Below, piece by piece: positions 25,532-32,164 of a stretch of DNA of 32,164 nt. The position numbers and the translations under genes were made by a program. Source of the stretch: Pseudomonadota bacterium (GTDB taxonomy: Archaea > Thermoplasmatota > SW-10-69-26 > JACQPN01 > JAJPHT01); contig JAJPHT010000024.1 in the NCBI GenBank assembly GCA_021325135.1, positions 1 through 32,164 on the forward strand. The letters are read 5' to 3'. The first letter of the stretch is position 1, and every line of letters starts with the position of its first letter. The notes below the pieces were generated by a model. It saw only the letters and a program-made list of their open reading frames with translations, had not been told where the DNA came from and did no database searches.

Positions 25532-25981
25532 ATGGCGCGGCGCTTCCAGGTGGAGGTCCCCATCGCCGCGCCCCCCGACGCCGTGCGCGCGTGGTGGACC
25601 GACGTGTCCGACTTCGAGAGCGCGGACCCCAAGGCGCGCCCCTTCCGGCTCGTCACGCTGGAGCGCCGCGCCGACGGCTCGCGCGTGCTGGAGAGCCACT
25701 GGCGCATGATGGGGCGCGTCGTGCGCATGCGGGAGGTCTTCTTCGTCGCGGCCGACGGCTCGTGGGGCTTCGACACGACGGGCCCCTTCGGCATCGACGT
25801 GGCGGACCGCTTCTCGGTGGCGCCCGCGCCCGGGGGATCGGTCCTGCGCGTCTCGTGCGCCCTCTCGGGGCGCGACCTCGTGGGGCGCCTCGTGCTGCCG
25901 TTCTACGTCTCCAGCGCGCGGCGGCAGTTCACGCGGCAGTGGCGCGAGGCGGCCGCGAGGTGCGAGCGGGACCTCGCCTGA
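25532..25981 (+). CDS. SRPBCC (START/Bet v1-like) family protein
   Basis: N-terminal 'VEVPIAAPPDAV..WWTD', C-terminal 'APAPGGSVL' strand and long terminal helix. Confidence 0.65.
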   Translation: MARRFQVEVPIAAPPDAVRAWWTDVSDFESADPKARPFRLVTLERRADGSRVLESHWRMMGRVVRMREVFFVAADGSWGFDTTGPFGIDVADRFSVAPAPGGSVLRVSCALSGRDLVGRLVLPFYVSSARRQFTRQWREAAARCERDLA

Positions 25982-25983
25982 GG

Positions 25984-27891
25984 CTACAGCTCCACCTGGC
26001 TCCCCACCTCGATCACGCGGTCGGGGGGGATGCGGAAGTAGGCGGTGGCCTGCTGGGCGTTGCGGGCCATGAAGCTGAAGATGCGCTCGCGCCAGCGGGG
26101 CATGCCGCTGCGGCCGCTGGCGATGAGGCGCTCGCGGCCCAGGAAGAACGTCGTGTCCTCCAGGGGGAGGTTGAGCCCCTTCTCCTTGAGGTAGGTGAGG
26201 ACCTCGACGGCGTTGGGCTCGTCGAGGAAGCCGTAGCGCGCGATCACCCGGTAGAAGCCGTTGCCCAGGGGGTCCATGCTCACGCGGTTCTCGGGGGGGA
26301 CGTGGGGGACGTCCTCGGTCTGGATGGAGAGCATGGCGATCTGGAAGTGGAGGACGCGGTTGTGCTCCAGGTTCTTGATGAGGGCGCTGGGGGCGACCTT
26401 GGGGTTGCCGGTCATGTAGACGGCGTTGCCGCGCACCCGGGTGGGGCCGCGCTTCTGGATGTCCTCCAGGAAGCGCTCCATGGGTTGGCTCGTGGCGCGG
26501 AGGCGCTCGCCCAGGACGCGGCGGCCTTGGCGCCAGGTGGTCATGAGGACGAAGATGCACGCCGCGACCACCAGGGGGAGCCAGCCTCCCTGGAGGACCT
26601 TGACGAGGTTGGCGGCGAAGAAGGCGAGGTCGATGACGAGGAAGACGCCCACCAGGGCCTCGACGAGGACCGCGTTCCAGCCCCAGCGCTCGCGCGCGAC
26701 GACGGAGAAGAGGATCGTCGTGATGAGCATGGTGGAGGTGACGGCGATGCCGTAGGCGGCGGCGAGGGCGGAGGAGGAGCGGAACGCCAGCACCAGCGCG
26801 ACGGTCGCGATCATGAGCGCCCAGTTCACCTGGGGGACGTAGATCTGGCCGATCTCGCGCTCGCTGGTGTGGCGGATCTCCATGCGCGGGCTGTAGCCCA
26901 GCTGCACGGCCTGCATCGTGAGCGAGAAGGCGCCGGAGATGATGGCCTGGCTCGCGATGATGGTGGCCAGCGTGGCCAGGACCACCAGGGGCAGCACGAG
27001 GCCCGCGGGCGCCAGGTGGAAGAAGGGGTTGTCGCGCAGCGTGGGGTCGGAGAGGACCAGCGCGCCCTGGCCGAAGTAGTTGAGGACGAGGGCGGGGAAG
27101 ACGAGGCTGAACCAGGTGATGCGGATGGGGCGTCGCCCGAAGTGGCCCATGTCGGCGTAGAGCGCCTCGGCGCCGGTGACGGCCAGCACGACGGCGCCCA
27201 GGATGAGGAAGCCGTGGATGCCGTTGTGGGCCAGGAGGTTCACCGCGTGGACGGGGTTCAGGGCGGCGAGCACCTGCGGCTCCAGGAGGATGCCGCGCAC
27301 GCCCAGGATGGCGAGCACCGCGAACCAGACCACCATGATGGGGCCGAAGAGCTTGCCCACGCTGGTGGTGCCGCGGCGCTGGAGGAGGAAGAGGCCGATG
27401 AGGACGCCCACGGTGAGCGGGATCACGAAGGGGGCCAGGTGCGGCGTCTCCAATTCCAGGCCCTCCATGGCGGAGAGCACCGAGATGGCGGGCGTGATCA
27501 TGCCGTCGCCGTAGAGGAGGGCCGCGCCGAAGAGGCCCAGGGAGATGAGCACGATGGTGCGCACGCCGCGGCGCCTGCGCTTGGCCTCGGGGCCCGCGTG
27601 GCGCGGGTGGACGAGGGCCATGAGGGCGAGGATGCCGCCCTCGCCGTCGTTGTCGGCGCGCAGCACGAAGGCGAGGTACTTCACCGAGACGACGAGGAAG
27701 AGCGCCCAGAAGACCAGCGAGAGGACGCCCAGCACGTTCTCGGCGGTGACGCCGACGCCGAACTCCTGGCTGAAGCACGCCTGGATGGCGTAGAGGGGGC
27801 TCGTGCCGATGTCGCCGAACACGACGCCGAGCGCGGCGAGGGCGAGGACGGCGAAGTATCCTCGTCCCTGGCCCTGGGGGGCGTCGGTCAT
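25984..27891 (-). CDS. kup: KUP/HAK/KT potassium uptake transporter
   Basis: GVVFGDIGTSPLY, ADNDGEGG, GDGMITPAISVLSA, TGAEALYADMGHFG, GQIYVPQVNW, AYGIAV, terminal IEVGSQVEL. Start ATG 27891. Confidence 0.97.
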   Translation of the reverse strand: MTDAPQGQGRGYFAVLALAALGVVFGDIGTSPLYAIQACFSQEFGVGVTAENVLGVLSLVFWALFLVVSVKYLAFVLRADNDGEGGILALMALVHPRHAGPEAKRRRRGVRTIVLISLGLFGAALLYGDGMITPAISVLSAMEGLELETPHLAPFVIPLTVGVLIGLFLLQRRGTTSVGKLFGPIMVVWFAVLAILGVRGILLEPQVLAALNPVHAVNLLAHNGIHGFLILGAVVLAVTGAEALYADMGHFGRRPIRITWFSLVFPALVLNYFGQGALVLSDPTLRDNPFFHLAPAGLVLPLVVLATLATIIASQAIISGAFSLTMQAVQLGYSPRMEIRHTSEREIGQIYVPQVNWALMIATVALVLAFRSSSALAAAYGIAVTSTMLITTILFSVVARERWGWNAVLVEALVGVFLVIDLAFFAANLVKVLQGGWLPLVVAACIFVLMTTWRQGRRVLGERLRATSQPMERFLEDIQKRGPTRVRGNAVYMTGNPKVAPSALIKNLEHNRVLHFQIAMLSIQTEDVPHVPPENRVSMDPLGNGFYRVIARYGFLDEPNAVEVLTYLKEKGLNLPLEDTTFFLGRERLIASGRSGMPRWRERIFSFMARNAQQATAYFRIPPDRVIEVGSQVEL

Positions 27892-28028
27892 CTCGGGTCC
27901 ATCCGGCCCCGCCAAGGGGCGCCGTCGGCGAGCAGGGTGGGGGGTCAAAGCCGTTGCGAACCGCCTCGGGGGCCGTGCCACGGCACAGGTTCGCAAGGTT
28001 GAACCGGCCCGCGCGTCCTCGCGCCGCG

Positions 28029-28994
28029 ATGCGCCGCGCCCTGGCCCTCGTCGTCGTGGCCCTCCTCGCAGGGTGCGCCAGCGCGCCTGGGGGGCCCGCG
28101 ACGCCCGCCCCTCCAGCCGCGCCCGCGCGGGGCGTCGCCTTCTCCCCCGCCAGCCTCGACGGGCCCGGCGTCAGCGCGTTCTTCGACGAGGCGAAGCGCA
28201 CGGGGAACCTCGTCGCGTGGGGCGGCGACTGGATGGAGTTGGCCAAGCCGGGCAGCGGCGCCGACGTGGTCGCCACCCTGGGCGCCAAGGCCGGGCTGCA
28301 GGTGCTCGTCGAGGCCGCGTTCTTCCAGCAGCGCGACGGCAAGCTGCTGCGCCCGCTGGACGAGGCGAACCGCACGGCGTACCGCGACGCAGCCGCCTCC
28401 TTCGCGCGCTCGCACCGCGTCGCGTTCCTGGGCCTGGGCCTCGAGGTGGACATCCTCCACGAGAAGGACCCGGCCTCCTTCGACGCGTTCGCCGCGTGGT
28501 ACCCCGAGGCCTACGCCGCCGTGAAGGCCGCCTCGCCCTCGACGCTGGTCTTCCCCGTCTTCCAGCACGAGCGCCTCGCGGGGCTGCGCGGCGGCCTCTA
28601 CGGCGACGCCAGCTCCAGCGCGCCCCCCGCGTGGGACCTCCTCGACCGCTTCCCGCAGCGCGACCTCGACGCCTTCACCACCTACCCCAGCCTCCTCTTC
28701 GCGAGCCCCGAGGCGATCCCCGCCGACCTCTACGCCAACCTCACGGCCCACGCGACGAAGCCCCTCGCCTTCACCGAGACGGGGTGGCCCTCGGCCGGCG
28801 ACCCCGCCGCGCAGGCGCGCTACGTCCGGTGGCTCGCCGCGCACGCGCCCCCCGCCCGCCTCGCCGTGTGGCTCGCCCTCCACGACCCGCCCGCCCCGGC
28901 GCCGTTTGATAGCATGGGGCTCGTCGAGAAGGACGGCACGCCGCGGGCCGCCTACGCCGCGTGGCGCTCCTTCGCTGGGGTCTCCTCAGGTTAG
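28029..28994 (+). CDS. Lipoprotein with clan GH-A-like TIM barrel (putative glycoside hydrolase)
   Basis: Lipobox LAGC, GLEVD at the usual acid/base (GNE) position, FTTYP, PLAFTETGWP nucleophile motif, SMGL...DGTPR.AY..W. Confidence 0.72.
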   Translation: MRRALALVVVALLAGCASAPGGPATPAPPAAPARGVAFSPASLDGPGVSAFFDEAKRTGNLVAWGGDWMELAKPGSGADVVATLGAKAGLQVLVEAAFFQQRDGKLLRPLDEANRTAYRDAAASFARSHRVAFLGLGLEVDILHEKDPASFDAFAAWYPEAYAAVKAASPSTLVFPVFQHERLAGLRGGLYGDASSSAPPAWDLLDRFPQRDLDAFTTYPSLLFASPEAIPADLYANLTAHATKPLAFTETGWPSAGDPAAQARYVRWLAAHAPPARLAVWLALHDPPAPAPFDSMGLVEKDGTPRAAYAAWRSFAGVSSG

Positions 28995-29061
28995 GGTCCT
29001 GCGTTGGAATCGGGCGTCCCGCTCCGGGTCGCCGAGACGTGGCGGCTCCTGGGAGGACGCT

Positions 29062-29135
29062 GGTGGGAGGGTCACGTGACCGGTCACGTGACTCGCAGCG
29101 TTGCGTCACGTGACCGGTCACGTGACCCTCCCACC
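29062..29135. repeat. Perfect 31-bp inverted repeat containing four GTCACGTGAC palindromes
   Basis: GGTGGGAGGGTCACGTGACCGGTCACGTGAC (29062-29092), 12-nt spacer, exact reverse complement at 29105-29135. Lies between convergent genes. Confidence 0.92.
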
Positions 29136-29183
29136 GCCCGGCCCCCCCAGCAGAGATGACAGACCCCGCCCCCGCAGCACCAC

Positions 29184-29594
29184 TTAAGTGAGCGCGTCGC
29201 GCAGCCCGTCCGCGAGGTAAGGCAGGAAGCGCGACTCGTGGGTCTTCGCGGGGAGGAGCTCCCGCACGTCGCCCCAGGGCATGTTGACGGCGAGCAGGCC
29301 GGTGCCGCTCTCCTGGAAGGCGAAGCGGTGCTTCCGGAGGCACTCCAGCGCGGTGGGGAGGGGGACGCCGACGAAGGAGCGGTGGCAGCCCACGGAGTAG
29401 GCGAGGGCTTGCCGGTGCGCGGTGCGGTAGTCGCGCAGCTTCAGCTCCACGGCGACGACCTCCTCGCCCTTGAGCGCCAGGATGTCCGCGATGCGGCCGT
29501 TGAAGGGGACCTCGAGGAACGTGCTGTACCCCTGGGCCTGGAGGTGCCGCGCGACGGGCGCGGCCAGCTCGCGTTCGAGGCGCGGGATCAGCAC
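29184..29594 (-). CDS. Small PD-(D/E)XK nuclease-superfamily protein
   Basis: ERELAAPVARHL...GY...EV.....ADILA......AVELKL......RQALAY (E, D, ExK and QxxxY motifs). GTG 29594 follows TTTATG by about 25 nt; ATG 29621 is the alternative. Confidence 0.72.
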   Translation of the reverse strand: MLIPRLERELAAPVARHLQAQGYSTFLEVPFNGRIADILALKGEEVVAVELKLRDYRTAHRQALAYSVGCHRSFVGVPLPTALECLRKHRFAFQESGTGLLAVNMPWGDVRELLPAKTHESRFLPYLADGLRDALT

Positions 29595-29892
29595 GCCCGG
29601 GGACGAGCCGCTGCGCAGCATAAACCCACCGCGGCCGGCGGAGGGAGGAGAGGTAGGGCCCGCGGCGATCTGTGGGTCTGGGAGGACCGCGGGCCCGACG
29701 GAGGCGTCCGGGGGATAGGGTTGAGGCTTCCAGCCCCCCGAATGCAAGCCTGGTAACGGGTCGATAGGGATAACCGTGTCGTGTGACGGGGACGAAATTC
29801 ACAAGGTTTCTCCAGGAATGTCGCGGGATGTTATCCCCCGCTTTCGGAGAGGCACCTTGTCGGGTGCAGGCTGGCGGGCAGCGCCGGCGCGG

Positions 29893-30849
29893 CTAGAGCG
29901 GCGTCAGCGGGATGGGGCACTCCAGCGGCACGGGCGTCAGCAGGTTGGCGTACTCGGGGAGGTGGCCGCGGACGCTGGCCTGGAAGCGCGCCTGGATCTG
30001 CTTGGTGACGGGGCCGGGCTCGCCCTCGCCGATGGTGACGTGGTCGACCTTGCCGATGGGGCTGATCTCGACGCCGGTGCCGCAGAAGAACAGCTCGTCC
30101 GCGGTGTAGAGCTCGCCGCGCGCGATGGTGCGCACATCCACCGGGATCTTGAGGTCCTTGGCGAGGCGCATGACGTGGTTGCGCGTGACGCCGTCCAGGA
30201 TGTCGTTGCTGTAGCCGGGCGTGATGAGGTGGCCGTCCTTCACGAGGAAGACGTTGGCGCCCGAGCCCTCGGAGACGTAGCCGTTGCGGTTGAGCATGAT
30301 GGCGTCGTCGAAGCCCGCGTCGCGCGCCTCCTTGGCGGCGAGGTAGCTGTTGACGTAGCCGCCGTTGACCTTGGCCAGGGGCGGGATCACGTTGCCCGGG
30401 ATGCGGACCCACGAGGAGACCTTGACCGCCAGCGTGCTCTTGCCGAAGTAGGAGCCCATGGGCACGGCCATGATGAGCGTGCGCTGCGCCTGCGTCTTGG
30501 GGAAGATGCCGATGCCGCCCTCGCCGTAGTAGATGACGGGGCGCAGGTACACGTCGGCGTTGAACTCGTTGCACGCCAGGGCGTAGAGCTGCCACTCGCG
30601 CAGCGTCTTCCAGTCGGGTGTCTGGGAGAAGCCCATCATCTTGGCGTTGCGCTCCAGGCGCTTGCTGTGGGCGTCCAGCTCGAAGACGTTGAGCCGGCGC
30701 GTCTTCTCGTTCCAGTAGGCGCGGACGCCCTCGAAGACGGCGGTCCCGTAGAGGAAGCCGTGCGTCGAGACGTGGATCGTCGCCCGCTCCCACGGGACGA
30801 GCTTCCCATCCATGATCACGCGCGGAGAGGAGGACGTGTCACCGGCCAT
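29893..30849 (-). CDS. ilvE: Branched-chain amino acid aminotransferase (class IV PLP)
   Basis: YGTAVFEGVRAY, YLRP, AKVNGGYVNS, SEGSGANVF, ILDGVTR, DELFFCGTGVEISPI. Confidence 0.95.
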   Translation of the reverse strand: MAGDTSSSPRVIMDGKLVPWERATIHVSTHGFLYGTAVFEGVRAYWNEKTRRLNVFELDAHSKRLERNAKMMGFSQTPDWKTLREWQLYALACNEFNADVYLRPVIYYGEGGIGIFPKTQAQRTLIMAVPMGSYFGKSTLAVKVSSWVRIPGNVIPPLAKVNGGYVNSYLAAKEARDAGFDDAIMLNRNGYVSEGSGANVFLVKDGHLITPGYSNDILDGVTRNHVMRLAKDLKIPVDVRTIARGELYTADELFFCGTGVEISPIGKVDHVTIGEGEPGPVTKQIQARFQASVRGHLPEYANLLTPVPLECPIPLTPL

Positions 30850-30942
30850 CGGGAGGACACGATGGCGCTCAAGTGAAGTAGCTTTCGCTGGCGGCGCCGG
30901 TCATTCGACCAGTTTATGACCCTCCCCCGCCTCGGCCGCCCC

Positions 30943-31512
30943 ATGCGCCCCGAGACGATGCTCCTCCTGGCCGCCCTCGCGGGGGCGGGCCTCGTCGTCG
31001 CGGGCTTCACCGACGAGGCGGCGCGCGGCTCCGAGGCGCAGGTGCGCGGCCGCTGGATGGACGCCGTGCCGCAGCTCTGCGCGGCCGTCGCGGCCCTTGC
31101 CGCCTGGTGGACCCGGACGCGCGGCGACCGCGCGCCGTGGGCCTTCGCGCTGGCGAACGCCGCGCTCACCGCCATCCTCACCCACGCGACCCTGGCGCTG
31201 ACCGTGCCCCTGGCGCCGGGCGAGCCGCCCCTGGCGAAGCTCTGGACGACCCTGGATCTCGCGGGGCTCTTCCTGGTGCCCTTCGCGACGCTGGCCCTCG
31301 CGCAGCGCCCGCTCACGCGCCCGCGCCTCGTGCGCGCCGTGCAGGCCGTCGCCGTGCTCGCGGCCCTCGTCTCCGCGCGCCAGGTGGCCAACGCGGTGCA
31401 GGCGCCCGACGCGCTCCGCCTCCTGGGCGCGGCGCTGGGCGTGGGCGCCATGATCGCGTGCGTGCGGCTGGGGCAGCGCCTCGTGCCGCGACGGCGCCGC
31501 GTCAGCTCGTGA
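30943..31512 (+). CDS. Hypothetical integral membrane protein
   Basis: About six hydrophobic segments. TTTATG at 30913-30918 lies 24 nt before ATG 30943. Confidence 0.6.
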   Translation: MRPETMLLLAALAGAGLVVAGFTDEAARGSEAQVRGRWMDAVPQLCAAVAALAAWWTRTRGDRAPWAFALANAALTAILTHATLALTVPLAPGEPPLAKLWTTLDLAGLFLVPFATLALAQRPLTRPRLVRAVQAVAVLAALVSARQVANAVQAPDALRLLGAALGVGAMIACVRLGQRLVPRRRRVSS

Positions 31513-32164
31513 CGTCGCGCTGCCGGAACACGACGGCGCAGACCGCGGCGAAGACGATGGCGTAGCCGGCGACGAGAAGGCTTGCGTCCGCCAGCGGCTG
31601 GGCCGCCGTCCCGCCGCCCGTGAACGTCCCGAGCACGAAGTTGGGGAGCCACCGGGTCGCGTCCTTCCAGACCAGCGAGACGATCCCCTCGCCCACGAGG
31701 AGATAGCCCACGCCCACGCCGATGGCCGACGCGGAGGAGCGCAGCAGGATGGCGAGGGCGGCGCCCAGGAGGCCGCGCGTGGCGTCCGCGACCCACATGC
31801 GCGCCACGAGGCCCGCGGCGTTCTGCCACGCCGAGGCCGTCCACCACGCGCTGGTGGAGATGCCGCGCGCGCCCGCCATGAGCAGCGCCGCGAGCGTCTG
31901 GATCGCGAAGGCGGAGAGGATCGCGACGGCGAGGAACGCGCCCAGGGCGACGAGCTTCCCCGCCAGGAGGACGAGACGGCGCGGCTCGCGGGAGAGGAGG
32001 ACCTTGAGCGTGCCTTCGCGGTATTCGCTCCCCAGGGCCTGCGCGAAGAGCACGAGGGAGATGACGCCCAGGAGCCCCCCGGAGAACTGGAAGACGCGCG
32101 TGAAGCCGTCCTTCGCGAGGGCCTCCGTCGTGGGAAGGCCCTGCTCGCCGCCCCCCGGGCCCGG
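31502..32164 (-). CDS. ABC-2 type transporter permease (5' end outside the window)
   Basis: GSEYREGTLKVLLSREPRRLVLLAGKL, LLRSSASAIG, WLP, terminal FRQRDVTS. Frame stays open to the window edge. Confidence 0.88.
   Translation of the reverse strand, partial: PGPGGGEQGLPTTEALAKDGFTRVFQFSGGLLGVISLVLFAQALGSEYREGTLKVLLSREPRRLVLLAGKLVALGAFLAVAILSAFAIQTLAALLMAGARGISTSAWWTASAWQNAAGLVARMWVADATRGLLGAALAILLRSSASAIGVGVGYLLVGEGIVSLVWKDATRWLPNFVLGTFTGGGTAAQPLADASLLVAGYAIVFAAVCAVVFRQRDVTS

Noticed and set aside
24104-28453. 1449-aa minus-strand ORF, and similar long ORFs at 976-3057, 4628-6505, 7898-9721, 14197-16548 and 25591-28002
   Set aside because: Alternative-frame or antisense shadows of well-supported genes such as kup, hisF, hisIE and pdhA; low-complexity R/P/G/A composition.
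29071-29126. GTCACGTGAC copies as a CRISPR array or a eukaryotic E-box/CLEAR element
   Set aside because: No unique spacers of CRISPR length and no cas genes. The match to the bHLH-ZIP motif has no support in an archaeal context.
30850-30915. Leu/Ile/Val leader peptide upstream of ilvE
   Set aside because: Short divergent intergenic region with no uORF containing a run of branched-chain codons.
1-32164. tRNA, rRNA, transposase or integrase genes
   Set aside because: No cloverleaf with a T-loop in context, no rRNA-like segment and no DDE/HUH/tyrosine recombinase motifs recognised by eye.

Overview
Very GC-rich archaeal chromosomal segment. Archaeal origin is supported by CDP-archaeol synthase (carS), an archaeal-type eL41, a PGF-CTERM protein and TATA-like boxes about 21-27 nt upstream of several start codons. 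An uncultured Thermoplasmatota/Euryarchaeota lineage is my inference, not shown. Core content: rpl41e (missed by the ORF track), a PqqD/RRE-zinc-ribbon protein, a large FN3 surface protein, an orphan 2-oxoacid dehydrogenase E1 alpha gene heading a moaD-E/moaC/moaB cluster, a secreted FKBP PPIase, carS, a secreted purple-acid-phosphatase-like protein, a MoaD/SAMP plus MoeB-rhodanese pair, a cupredoxin next to a four-repeat His-rich lipoprotein, a his cluster (hisG-D-C-H-A-B, interrupted by an antisense SnoaL-like gene, then hisF-IE), kup, a PD-(D/E)XK nuclease-like gene, ilvE and a partial ABC permease. Most notable observations: (1) a candidate His-His leader peptide with alternative hairpins that could mask the hisG ribosome-binding site, i.e. 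possible ribosome-mediated attenuation in an archaeon; (2) a candidate surface copper-handling module; (3) three long intergenic palindromes built from short tandem units, one a perfect 31-bp inverted repeat beside the nuclease gene and one spanned by a translationally coupled mini-ORF inside the his operon; (4) a probable ACG start codon for moeB. No rRNA, tRNA, CRISPR array or transposase was recognised. All calls come from reading the sequence; no searches were run.
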